DNA from: a virus
Taxonomy: Duplodnaviria > Caudoviricetes
Direction: 5' to 3' (one strand)
Virus record (IMG/VR): IMGVR_UViG_3300027986_000015
Location: 1-45,003 of that record
Length of the DNA stretch: 45,003 nt
The translations under genes were made by a program, and so were the position numbers. Shown piece after piece: positions 33,927 through 43,677 of the stretch (position 1 is its first letter; each line of letters begins with the position of its first letter). The notes under the pieces were generated by a model. That model made no database searches. It was given only the letters and a program-made list of their open reading frames with translations, and had not been told where the DNA came from.

Positions 33927-34964
33927 TTGGCACGCATACTTTTTATAGGGGATCTGCATTTCGGTCACCGAAACGGCGATAAAGAAACCGCTGAATACCA
34001 GATGAAGGTATTTGATGAGTTCATATTCCCGCTGATCAAGAAGCACAAGATCAAACATATATTCCAGTCTGGGGACTTTTTCGATTCCCGCAAAGCAATC
34101 CGACACGACACGATGGAATTGGTCCGGGAACATTTTATTCCGAAAACCAAAGGTCAGGATTGGCATGTAATCGTTGGCAACCATGATATGCACCTGCGGG
34201 AAAACATATTCCCAAATTCGGTGCAAGAACTTCTGTCACAATATCCAAACTTCACGGTATATAACCAACCGAAGTCTGTGACAATTGATGGTATTGCGAT
34301 TGACATGATTCCATGGATATGCCGGGATAACCGCCAAGAAATTATGGAATTCATCAATGGAAGTGCCAGCAACCTATGTTTGGGACACTTTGAGCTATCA
34401 GGCTTTGAGTATTACAAAGGTATTCAATCGTCCGGGGAATCATCTGGATTTTTGAATAACTACTCTCAGGTCTGGTCTGGTCACTTCCATACCATTTCGA
34501 AGAACAAGCATATCCAGTACATCGGCACCCCATATCAATTGACCTATGGTGATGCTGATGATGACCGTGGTGTTTGGATTTTTGATACAAATGATAGTTC
34601 GTTTGAATTTGTATCAAATAACATGCCGAAATTCAGTCGGATCTATTTTGACGTTGATACGTTTGATGCAAAAAAACTTGAACGTTACGCCGGGATGAAC
34701 ATCAAGATCACCGTCAAAAATCGTGGTGATGTGAAAAAGTTTGAAAAGATTGTGGAAGCCATCGCAGCGGTTGCACATGAAATCTCTGTAATTGACCGGG
34801 TTGATGTTAGTCAGGCTACCGCATCAGGTAAAATCACGGTATCTGCGATCCGAACCGTCGAAGAAATTGTTGACGAATATATTGATGCATTGGAAGAAAC
34901 CGAGCCAGACCGGAACAAAATCAAACGCATTATGGCTGGACTATTGGCAGACGCACAGAAATGA
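33927..34964 (+). CDS. gp47: Recombination endonuclease subunit gp47 (Mre11/SbcD-like)
   Basis: GDLHFG, GDFFDSRK, VGNHD, GHFE, SGHFH, YIGTPY. Confidence 0.95.
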   Translation: MARILFIGDLHFGHRNGDKETAEYQMKVFDEFIFPLIKKHKIKHIFQSGDFFDSRKAIRHDTMELVREHFIPKTKGQDWHVIVGNHDMHLRENIFPNSVQELLSQYPNFTVYNQPKSVTIDGIAIDMIPWICRDNRQEIMEFINGSASNLCLGHFELSGFEYYKGIQSSGESSGFLNNYSQVWSGHFHTISKNKHIQYIGTPYQLTYGDADDDRGVWIFDTNDSSFEFVSNNMPKFSRIYFDVDTFDAKKLERYAGMNIKITVKNRGDVKKFEKIVEAIAAVAHEISVIDRVDVSQATASGKITVSAIRTVEEIVDEYIDALEETEPDRNKIKRIMAGLLADAQK

Positions 34965-36670
34965 TCAAATTCACTAAGATTGAAGCCAAGAATATCATGT
35001 CGGTTGGTAACAAGCCGATTATGATTGAATTGAATTCGCACAAGAAAACCCTGATCACCGGTAAAAACGGTACAGGTAAATCGACGATTCTGGTTGAATC
35101 TCTGGCGTTTGCGCTGTATGGCAAACCATATCGAGACATCAACAAACCGCAGCTTGTCAACACCTTTAATAAAAAAGGGTTGGTTGTCAACTTGTGGTTC
35201 AGTATCGGCAAAACCAATTTTGAGATTCGTCGTGGTATCGGCCCAAACCTATTCCAGATTTATCGGGATGATGAACTGATCCCAGAAGATGCCGCGATTG
35301 GTGATTATCAGACCTACCTTGAAAAATCAATTTTGGGGATGTCCTACAAGACCTTCAAACAGCTTGTGGTGCTTGGTACGGCTGGGTTCACACCTTTCAT
35401 GCAGATGAAGACTGCCGACCGCCGTACAGTGGTTGAAGACCTTCTAGAGCTACATCTGTTCAGTAAGATGACCGCCGATAACAAGGAACTGATCGCAGCC
35501 ATCCAGAACAGCATCACCCAAGCTGATCACAACATTGATTTGTTGGAACAGAAGAATCAATTGCTTCAAAAGCAAGCTGCCGAATCTAAAGACACTGCTG
35601 ATGCTCGAATTGATGAATTGATGATTCGTCAATCTGAAATTGATCAATCTCTTGGTTCTGCTAAGATCAAGGTAGTTACATCAAAAGCTTCGATTGATAA
35701 ATTGGAAGCTGCGATCAGTGATGGTAGCCACCGAACTAAGATCGGTCAGTTATCGGTGAAAATCGGTAACCAGAACGCTCATATGGGCGCGGCTGAAAAG
35801 ATGCGTTCGTTCCTGTCCGACAATACAAATTGCCCGGTGTGTACTCAAGCCATTGAGGAAGATTTCCGAAACAAGAAAATTTTCTCATTGGATATGGAAT
35901 TGGATCAATTAGGGTTCGAAATCTCAACCACTAGGGACGAATACGAATCGCATAAAAAGATACAAACCCGTGATGAAATGATTCAATCAAAGGTTGCTGA
36001 ATTGAAGCAAACCTTGGCTGTAGAGTCTGCTAACATCCGTCAATACGAATCTCAAATCGAATCCATCAAATTGGAAATCGACAAGATCCGGGGTAAGGAG
36101 TTCAAGGACAATTCGACGGCACTGATTGCTCTGCAATCCAAGCGTGATCAGCTACGGGAGCAGCGAGACGATCTTGTTAATGATAAGTATTGTCATTCTG
36201 TTATTACAGCGATGCTAAAGGATACAGGTGTCAAGTCGGTTGTCATAAACCAATTCATTCCGGTTGTCAACGATTTTATCAATAAATATCTATCCGAATT
36301 TGGGGCTCCTTATAGCTTCGAATTGGATTCGGAATTTAATGAAACCATTCAGACCCGTGGGATGGAAAGCTTTAGCTACAACAGCTTCAGCCAAGGTCAA
36401 AAATACCGCATCGACCTAGCGATTCTGTTCGCATGGCGTGACCTGATCCACCAGCGTACCGGCTCGATGTTGAACCTGATGGTCATGGATGAGGTCATGG
36501 ATTCGGCGGCGGATACCGATGGTATCGAAGCTCTGGTTGAGATTCTGGATCGAATCAAGGAATCTGTGTTCATCATCAGCCATAACGAAAAGCTGGATGC
36601 GATGGATTTCGACCGTAGGATAGACGTGCGACTGGTAGGTCGCTTCTCGGAAATTGAAGAATCGAAATAA
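34961..36670 (+). CDS. gp46: Recombination ATPase gp46 (Rad50/SbcC-like)
   Basis: GKNGTGKST, CPVC zinc hook, FSQGQK signature, MDEVMD, ISH. Confidence 0.96.
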   Translation: MIKFTKIEAKNIMSVGNKPIMIELNSHKKTLITGKNGTGKSTILVESLAFALYGKPYRDINKPQLVNTFNKKGLVVNLWFSIGKTNFEIRRGIGPNLFQIYRDDELIPEDAAIGDYQTYLEKSILGMSYKTFKQLVVLGTAGFTPFMQMKTADRRTVVEDLLELHLFSKMTADNKELIAAIQNSITQADHNIDLLEQKNQLLQKQAAESKDTADARIDELMIRQSEIDQSLGSAKIKVVTSKASIDKLEAAISDGSHRTKIGQLSVKIGNQNAHMGAAEKMRSFLSDNTNCPVCTQAIEEDFRNKKIFSLDMELDQLGFEISTTRDEYESHKKIQTRDEMIQSKVAELKQTLAVESANIRQYESQIESIKLEIDKIRGKEFKDNSTALIALQSKRDQLREQRDDLVNDKYCHSVITAMLKDTGVKSVVINQFIPVVNDFINKYLSEFGAPYSFELDSEFNETIQTRGMESFSYNSFSQGQKYRIDLAILFAWRDLIHQRTGSMLNLMVMDEVMDSAADTDGIEALVEILDRIKESVFIISHNEKLDAMDFDRRIDVRLVGRFSEIEESK

Positions 36671-36761
36671 AGGTTTCGATTCTGTTTAGAAACAGGCGGT
36701 TACGGTGTATGATTGCTGACATAACTAGCCGTAACCAACTGTTCTTGTGAGGATTTTAGTA

Positions 36762-37142
36762 ATGAGCAAAAGTGAATGTTTCGAACACGATATCGCCGTT
36801 CGTGCAGCTTGGGTAGAACATCTGACAGAAGACCAGTTGTTCATGCTTCGCGGTGATAAGAAAACCAATGTCGGTGGGATGGTGAAAGCGCAGCGTTTCG
36901 AAATCTACAGTGCTATCGATGAACTGGTGAAAACTCGCTATCTGGAAACCCTGATCCAAGCGAACAAAGACCAATTCACCATCCATGTTAAAGGCTATGG
37001 CCCAATCCGCCAGTCGAAATCCCAACTGCCAACCGAAATGCGTATGTCGAGTTGTGCATTTGATGTAATTTCCGAATTGGACTTCAAAGCCCTGACCAAA
37101 CCAAAACCAGTTGCACCACCCGCTGAGAGTGTTTCCGAATAA
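36762..37142 (+). CDS. Hypothetical protein at the gp45.2/rpbA position
   Basis: GAGG RBS after TGTTTAGA promoter at 36683; coupled to gp45. Confidence 0.65.
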   Translation: MSKSECFEHDIAVRAAWVEHLTEDQLFMLRGDKKTNVGGMVKAQRFEIYSAIDELVKTRYLETLIQANKDQFTIHVKGYGPIRQSKSQLPTEMRMSSCAFDVISELDFKALTKPKPVAPPAESVSE

Positions 37143-37813
37143 TGCAAATCTGTAAAGCCACCCTTGATACACTGAAGAATTTCAGTGGGATCAACCCGTC
37201 GATTGTCCTGCGTGCCGGTAATGAAATCAGCACCATGAACAACCACAAATCTGTAATCGCATATGCCATCGTCCCAGAAACCTTTCCGGTGGAATGCGGC
37301 ATTTACGATCTGAACAACTTCATTTCGACTATCAACCTCTTCGATAATGTCAACATCGAATTTGGCACCGAATGCGCCAAGATCACTGGTGGTACATCGA
37401 AGTGTACCTACGGCTACTCAGAAAAAGATGTAATCGTGAGCCCGTCGAAGAAAGTGACATTCCCCGGTGCTGATATTGGATTTGATCTTACCAAAGACAC
37501 CTTTGAGAAGATCATGAAGGCCGCATCGACCCTGAGTCTGAGCACCCTGACAATCACTCGCAATGAAAAAGATGAAATTGTCTTGACTGCGATTGATCCT
37601 AAGAACCCAAACTCCAACGCCTATAGCGTGGTTGTGGGTACGGATCTTAGCGGCCACACATATGACCTGTCGGTCCCTGTAGACCTCTTGAAAATGGTTC
37701 GTGGTGATTACAAAGTCAGTGTGTCGTACAAGCTGATCACCAAATTTGAAGCAACTGATATCGAATATTACGTTGCTCTTGACAAGACCAGTACCTTCAT
37801 CAAGGCAGAATAA
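37142..37813 (+). CDS. gp45: Sliding clamp gp45
   Basis: TL..LKNFSGINPSI, GIYDL..F, GDYKV, YYVAL. Confidence 0.95.
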   Translation: MQICKATLDTLKNFSGINPSIVLRAGNEISTMNNHKSVIAYAIVPETFPVECGIYDLNNFISTINLFDNVNIEFGTECAKITGGTSKCTYGYSEKDVIVSPSKKVTFPGADIGFDLTKDTFEKIMKAASTLSLSTLTITRNEKDEIVLTAIDPKNPNSNAYSVVVGTDLSGHTYDLSVPVDLLKMVRGDYKVSVSYKLITKFEATDIEYYVALDKTSTFIKAE

Positions 37814-38763
37814 TGAGCGTTAATCCGAGAGACTGGCTTTGGGAGACGAAATATCGTCCCCAAACGCTGGAAGAATGCATTCTGCCCGAACAGATGAAAT
37901 CGGATTTTAAAGCGATGGTAGCTGGTGGAGAAATCAAAAACATGATTCTCTCTAGCTGCAACCCCGGAACAGGAAAGACGACTGTTGCCCTCGCAATTTG
38001 TAACGAACTTGATGCGGATGTATTGTTCATCAACGCATCCAAAGAATCTGGGATTGATGTATTCCGAAATGATGTAACCAAATTTGCATCGACAGTTTCC
38101 ATGATGTCGAATTGTAAGGTAATCATTCTGGATGAAGCCGATAACCTGTCGGATGCGGCCCAAAAGGCGTTCCGTGGGATCATCGAAGAGTTTTCGGTAT
38201 CGTGCCGGTTCATCCTGACTTGCAATTATGCAAATCAGATCATTGAGCCAATCCGTAGTCGAATGATGCAATACGAATTCAACATTGCGCAGTCTGAAAA
38301 GGCCAACATGATGAAAGGTCAGATTATGCGCTGCCTTGACATTCTGGCAAAAGAAGGAATTCAAGTTGATAGCAAGATGGCTGTTGCTGAATTGGTGAAA
38401 CGGAAGTTTCCTGATAATCGGGCGATGTTGGTCACATTGCAGACTTATTCGATGAAAGGGGTGATCGACGAAGGCATTTTAGGTCGGGTTACTTCTGGGT
38501 CTGATGTTGAAGTCCTTATCGGGCATCTGAAGGCTAAGAAGTTCAACGAAATTCGAGCTATTATCCCGAAGTTTGCGAGTGATTATCCAACATTTATCCG
38601 ATCCATCTACGACACCCTGTATTCGGTGGTTAAACCCACTAGTGTGCCGACGATGATTGAAATCATTGGCATCAATCAGGAAGCATACAATCGGGTTCCT
38701 GATATTGAAATTCATATGAACTGGCTGATGGTTCAGCTCATGATGCAGATGGAGTTTGTGTGA
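37813..38763 (+). CDS. gp44: Clamp loader large subunit gp44
   Basis: WETKYRP..L.ECILP, PGTGKTT, IILDEAD, FILTCN, PIRSR. Confidence 0.96.
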   Translation: MSVNPRDWLWETKYRPQTLEECILPEQMKSDFKAMVAGGEIKNMILSSCNPGTGKTTVALAICNELDADVLFINASKESGIDVFRNDVTKFASTVSMMSNCKVIILDEADNLSDAAQKAFRGIIEEFSVSCRFILTCNYANQIIEPIRSRMMQYEFNIAQSEKANMMKGQIMRCLDILAKEGIQVDSKMAVAELVKRKFPDNRAMLVTLQTYSMKGVIDEGILGRVTSGSDVEVLIGHLKAKKFNEIRAIIPKFASDYPTFIRSIYDTLYSVVKPTSVPTMIEIIGINQEAYNRVPDIEIHMNWLMVQLMMQMEFV

Positions 38764-38948
38764 GACGGGCGATTGAATTAGTTGGCACCAATATTGTATT
38801 GGAGTTGACTAAGGCAACTGCTGTAAAAACCCGTCAGAGGATGATTCACTTGGATGAATTGCCGGATGGTACATGGCGGTTGATTTACAATGGGGATCAT
38901 ATCCCGGATTTCAGCAAGATCAAAGCACTGAGGATCATTCGTGAGTAA
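38760..38948 (+). CDS. Small hypothetical protein inserted between gp44 and gp62
   Basis: 62 aa, overlaps both neighbours. Confidence 0.6.
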   Translation: MRRAIELVGTNIVLELTKATAVKTRQRMIHLDELPDGTWRLIYNGDHIPDFSKIKALRIIRE

Positions 38949-39342
38949 GATCAGCCCATTTGAGTTTGTTGGGTCGATCAATGATAAAAAATACATCATG
39001 GTAAGTCCAGAGATTGAAAAACAGTACGTGCCGTTTGTTGTGAACCGTACCCTGTCGGCAACTCTGGACTCAATGCCGTTTGTTGAATTTTTGAATCGAT
39101 ACCCGAAACTCCCCAACAAGTTGCAATACGACTACCTGTATCACGGGCTGCGAAAAACAAAGCGGTTTGGAAAATGGGTAAAGAACGAAAAGCACGAATA
39201 TCTGGATGATGTGTCTGGTTATTACAAGGTTTCTTTACAGAAAGCCTCGGAGTTGTGTGAGCGACTAAGTACGGAACAATTGCAAATCCTTCGGGCCAAG
39301 ATGACAAACTTTGGTGGGCGGAACGCTGTAAATACTCGGTGA
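38941..39342 (+). CDS. gp62: Clamp loader small subunit gp62
   Basis: YVPFVVNRTLS, LQYDYL...RK.KRFGKW.K, YY.VS..KA. Confidence 0.9.
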   Translation: MSKISPFEFVGSINDKKYIMVSPEIEKQYVPFVVNRTLSATLDSMPFVEFLNRYPKLPNKLQYDYLYHGLRKTKRFGKWVKNEKHEYLDDVSGYYKVSLQKASELCERLSTEQLQILRAKMTNFGGRNAVNTR

Positions 39343-39358
39343 TTAGGAGTATTTCACT

Positions 39359-39751
39359 ATGATTGAAATTGAACTGAGCCAAGAGGATAGCTTTCCTAAA
39401 ATCCGGGAAACGCTGACTCGAATTGGTATTGCAAATAACAAGTCTAAGGTAATTTACCAGTCTTGTCATATTTTGAACAAACGTGGCAAGGTTTATATTG
39501 TCCACTTTAAAGAGCTGCTGGAACTCGATGGTCGAGTAGCCCAGATGAGCGACGAAGATACAGAACGCCGAAACGACATTGCCAAACTCTTACAAGAGTG
39601 GAAACTATGCCGAATTGTCAACCCGAAAGACGCAACATCCGAAAGACGCAACTTGTTTAGGATTATCTCTTACACAGAAGCAAATGAAGGTGGTTGGAAG
39701 AAGGTTTACAAGTACAACATCGGCGCAAATAAAACTGAAGGCCGTGTTTAA
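39359..39751 (+). CDS. regA: Translational repressor RegA
   Basis: KIRETLTRIGIA, YQSCHIL.KRG..YIVHFKEL..LDG, RRN.IA.LL.EW. Confidence 0.96.
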   Translation: MIEIELSQEDSFPKIRETLTRIGIANNKSKVIYQSCHILNKRGKVYIVHFKELLELDGRVAQMSDEDTERRNDIAKLLQEWKLCRIVNPKDATSERRNLFRIISYTEANEGGWKKVYKYNIGANKTEGRV

Positions 39752-39766
39752 TACACGGCTTTTTTA
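39739..39766 (+). terminator. Intrinsic terminator after regA
   Basis: GGCCGTGT TTAAT ACACGGCT followed by T-tract. Confidence 0.75.
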
Positions 39767-39812
39767 TTGTATAATTGGGTATGCATCGCCCTTACGCTTG
39801 CAAGGATTTTAA

Positions 39813-42335
39813 GTGTCGAGATTTTTTACCGCTGTTGACCGTATCGGTCAGCACATTTTTGTCCGTGGATATGAAGACGGCAAACCATTTCGTGAGAAGT
39901 ACAACTATTCCCCAACCCTGTTTGTACCTACAAACAAACAAACTGGCTATACCGATATCTACGGTGTGAACCAGTTGCCGATGCATTTCGATAACATGTA
40001 TGAAGCCTCGGCTTACATCCGTGATACTCAGAATGTGTCAAACGGTGTTGTGAATGGGATGGATAACTTCACCCTCGCATTTATTTCAGATGTGTTTGGC
40101 GATCAAAAGCCTGACACCAAACTAGTTCGTATCAAAACCATCGACATCGAAGTTTTTGCTGCGACGCAGACTGATCCAAATGACCCATCAACCGCTAAAG
40201 CTGATGGATTCCCAGATCCTGAAATTTGTAAATGGCCTGTTGATGCGATCACAATGTACGATAACATTGATGATCGATATGATGTGTACTCATATCGTAG
40301 TTGGTCTAAGACCAAATCTACTCTGAAACCAGAGTTGTTGGAAAAGGTCAGGTTCCACAAGCTTGCAAATGAAAAGGAACTTCTCCAAGCGTTTGTACAA
40401 GACTGGAGAGAGAATTTCCCGGATATCGTAACTGGTTGGTATTCCAACAGCTTTGACATTCCGTATTTGCATCGCCGTATTTCTATGGTTCTAGGTGAGT
40501 CTGTAGCAGATTCCCTGAGCCCGTATGGTCGTACTGAAATCAAGACCATGCAGGATAACCAGAATGGTCAGCGTCAAATCATCAAATTGCTGGGTATCGC
40601 ACAGCTCGATTATATTGAGTTGTACAAGAAGTTTGTACTTGAACCCCGGTCAAGCTTTCGGTTGGGTGCTATTTCAACCATCGAATTGGGTGAAACCAAG
40701 CTGGAATTTGAAGGTTCTCTTATTGAATTAGCACTCAATAATTCTCAAGGGTATCTTGACTACAACATCGTTGACGTGGATCTGGTTAAACGGATTAACG
40801 ACAAACTGTTGCTGATCGATTTAATGATGTACATGACGTATGACGCCGGGATGACCTTTGAAGATGGTTACTCCCCGCTCAAACAATGGGATTCGATCAT
40901 TTTCAACCATCTTCGGAAGTTGAAAAAAGTTGTACCGATGAAACGCCGTAGTACACCGTCCGCGTTTGAAGGTGCATTTGTAAAAGATCCATTGGTTGGG
41001 TTTTGGAAATGGATTGTGGCATTTGACTTGGAATCCCTATATCCGGGGATTATTCGTCAGGGTAATATCAGCCCCGAAACCATTGTCGATCAATATTACA
41101 ACGCCAATGTTAATGATTATGTGAACCGACGAGTAAATCTTGACGGTGAACAGTATTCGGTTTGTGCAAATGGTACTCGCTATCGCCGAGATATTCGCGG
41201 TGTGATTCCAACCGTAGTTGAGCATGTGTTTAACCAACGGAAGGTATTTAAGAATTTGATGAAAGAGGCCAAGCAGGCTGGTAACTGGGATGATGTTCGA
41301 AAATATGACCTATTGCAGAAAGCGGCTAAGATCGCCATCAACTCTGCATATGGTGCATTGGGTAACGCATTCTTTAGATACTATGACCTTCGCAACGCCG
41401 AGGCCGTAACCTTAACAGGTCAGGTTATTATCAAATGGTCTGCGAACCATTTCAACGAAATGTTGAACACTGCAATTGGTGGTCCGAAGAAAGACCGGGT
41501 AGTAGCAATTGATACTGACTCCTGCTATGTGTGTTTTGATGATTTGGTTCAAAAGTTCTATGCGAACAAATCCACCCACGATACTGTGAATATGTTGGAT
41601 AAGTTTGCTGAACAAAAAGTACAACCATTGTTGAACAAGTGGTATGCCGATTTGGCGGTCTACATGAATCATTATTCATCTGTGATGTATATGAAACGTG
41701 AGGTCATTGCATCCACTGGATTCTTCATTGCAAAGAAACGATACGCACTTTGGGTATGGGATAACGAAGGCTACCGTTACAAAGAACCTGAAACCAAGAT
41801 CATGGGTATTGAAACCCAGCGTGGCAGTACCCCTGCTTACGTTCGTACCGCATTGAAAGATGCAATCGATATGATCCTTGGGGAAAAGCAGGAAGATTTG
41901 ATCAAACTGGTTACAAATGTCGAGAAGCACTATCAGACAGTTGACTATAGGGAGATTGCCGGGGTTTCCTCTGCAAACAACCTACAGAAATATACCATTC
42001 CGGGAATGTTGCCGGGGTTTAGATGTCCGGGGCATATTAAAGGTGTTCTGGCTCACAACCGATTGGCTCACAAGCTCGATGGCGTAGACCCGATCAAAGA
42101 AGGCGAGAAGATCGCCATGGTTCGTCTGAGAACTCCGAATAAATACGGTTCAGAGACATTTGCATACCTTGCTGGTTCGCGAATCCCGGAAGCCATGGAC
42201 CCAAATATGGTACTTCGATATTTGGATCGGAATTTGATGTTTGAGAAATCTTTCGTCAAACCATTAGCAACAATTTGTGACGCAATTGGATGGAAATACA
42301 AAGATTCCATCTGCCTTGAAGATTTCTTTATGTGA
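39813..42335 (+). CDS. gp43: Family B DNA polymerase gp43
   Basis: ExoI DIE, FDIPY, YNIVD; DLESLYP, KIAINSAYG, DTDS, KKRY. Confidence 0.97.
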   Translation: MSRFFTAVDRIGQHIFVRGYEDGKPFREKYNYSPTLFVPTNKQTGYTDIYGVNQLPMHFDNMYEASAYIRDTQNVSNGVVNGMDNFTLAFISDVFGDQKPDTKLVRIKTIDIEVFAATQTDPNDPSTAKADGFPDPEICKWPVDAITMYDNIDDRYDVYSYRSWSKTKSTLKPELLEKVRFHKLANEKELLQAFVQDWRENFPDIVTGWYSNSFDIPYLHRRISMVLGESVADSLSPYGRTEIKTMQDNQNGQRQIIKLLGIAQLDYIELYKKFVLEPRSSFRLGAISTIELGETKLEFEGSLIELALNNSQGYLDYNIVDVDLVKRINDKLLLIDLMMYMTYDAGMTFEDGYSPLKQWDSIIFNHLRKLKKVVPMKRRSTPSAFEGAFVKDPLVGFWKWIVAFDLESLYPGIIRQGNISPETIVDQYYNANVNDYVNRRVNLDGEQYSVCANGTRYRRDIRGVIPTVVEHVFNQRKVFKNLMKEAKQAGNWDDVRKYDLLQKAAKIAINSAYGALGNAFFRYYDLRNAEAVTLTGQVIIKWSANHFNEMLNTAIGGPKKDRVVAIDTDSCYVCFDDLVQKFYANKSTHDTVNMLDKFAEQKVQPLLNKWYADLAVYMNHYSSVMYMKREVIASTGFFIAKKRYALWVWDNEGYRYKEPETKIMGIETQRGSTPAYVRTALKDAIDMILGEKQEDLIKLVTNVEKHYQTVDYREIAGVSSANNLQKYTIPGMLPGFRCPGHIKGVLAHNRLAHKLDGVDPIKEGEKIAMVRLRTPNKYGSETFAYLAGSRIPEAMDPNMVLRYLDRNLMFEKSFVKPLATICDAIGWKYKDSICLEDFFM

Positions 42336-42341
42336 GTAAGT

Positions 42342-43436
42342 ATGAGCGAAAAATCTAGTTTGATGCAGAGACTGTTGAAAGCCACAACCCGCGACGATGT
42401 TGCGGTTCTGTCAGAATCGACATTGTTTAACGAGAAAGATTTTGCACCAACCACGGTTCCAATTTTGAACGTAGCGTTGAGTGGTAAAATTACCGGTGGT
42501 CTGCCATCTGGTATTCTGTCCATTGCGGCAGAATCGAAACACTTTAAAACCAACTTTGCATTGCTGTTGGTTGCTGCTTACTTGCGTAAGCACAAAGACG
42601 CTATGTGCGTCCTATTAGACTCTGAGTTTGGTATTACAGACGAATATCTGAAATCGTTTGGTATTGATTCGAGCCGAGTTATGCACGTACCGATTTACAA
42701 CATTGAACAATTGAAATTTGAATTCGCCCAATTGCTTGAGAATATCAAGCGTGGTGAAAAGGTTGTGTTCTTGGTAGATTCTATCGGTAACTTGGCTTCG
42801 AAAAAAGAAGTTGATGATGCATTGAGTGAAAACAGCGCCGCTGATATGACCCGTGCAAAACAACTGAAATCTATGTTCCGTATTATCACCCCGCATTTCC
42901 AGTCAAAGAACATTCCATGTATTGTGATCAACCACACATACAATGAGCAGGGTATGTATCCGAAACAAATCATGGGTGGTGGTCAAGGCGGTATGTTGTC
43001 CTCAAACACAGTGTTGTTTATTTCCAAGTCTCAGGACAAGGATGGTACAGAGCTTACCGGGTTTAAATTCACCTTGATTATCGAGAAATCAAGATTTGTG
43101 GTTGAAAAATCCAAGTTCCCAATCCACGTTTCGTTTGCAGGTGGTGTGCAACCGATGTCCGGTATCTTTGAGCTGGGTCTAGAGGAAGGGTCGATTGTAA
43201 GCCCAACCAAAGGATTCTATCAATTGCTGAATAGGGATACGGGTGAAGTCCTTTACGAAGGCAAGAAATTCCGCCGTGCTGAACTGGAAGCAACCAACGA
43301 CTATATGATGGAAATCATGAGACGTAAGTCGTTCCGTGATTGGGTTGAAGACACTTATATGTTGAAAGCAACCGAGCTGGATGGCAACCATCAGGAAGAA
43401 TTTGAAAGCTTCTTGTCGGATTCAAAGAATGACTGA
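42342..43436 (+). CDS. uvsX: RecA-like recombinase UvsX
   Basis: LNVALSG..GG, SKHFKT, DSEFG, DSIGNLASKKE, ADMTRAK.LKS.FR. Confidence 0.96.
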   Translation: MSEKSSLMQRLLKATTRDDVAVLSESTLFNEKDFAPTTVPILNVALSGKITGGLPSGILSIAAESKHFKTNFALLLVAAYLRKHKDAMCVLLDSEFGITDEYLKSFGIDSSRVMHVPIYNIEQLKFEFAQLLENIKRGEKVVFLVDSIGNLASKKEVDDALSENSAADMTRAKQLKSMFRIITPHFQSKNIPCIVINHTYNEQGMYPKQIMGGGQGGMLSSNTVLFISKSQDKDGTELTGFKFTLIIEKSRFVVEKSKFPIHVSFAGGVQPMSGIFELGLEEGSIVSPTKGFYQLLNRDTGEVLYEGKKFRRAELEATNDYMMEIMRRKSFRDWVEDTYMLKATELDGNHQEEFESFLSDSKND

Positions 43437-43668
43437 AGTCCAACAACCATATATTCTGTTCGATCTAAACGGACAGAATATCGGAGTTACAGAGGCCGGT
43501 ATCGATGATACCGGAAATCTTCGATGCACTTGGGTGTGTATCGACAAAGAACGCAAGTTCACGACTGAAGAAATCGAATTGATGCTCAATAGAGCGTTCC
43601 AAGACATTCTTCGTCGGGAAGTTGAACGCGATGAACTAAACAAACCAATTGATTTAACCGGCGAATAA
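43429..43668 (+). CDS. Hypothetical protein at the gp40 position
   Basis: Small ORF between uvsX and gp41; assignment by synteny only. Confidence 0.55.
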   Translation: MTEVQQPYILFDLNGQNIGVTEAGIDDTGNLRCTWVCIDKERKFTTEEIELMLNRAFQDILRREVERDELNKPIDLTGE

Positions 43669-43677
43669 AGGTGTAGT

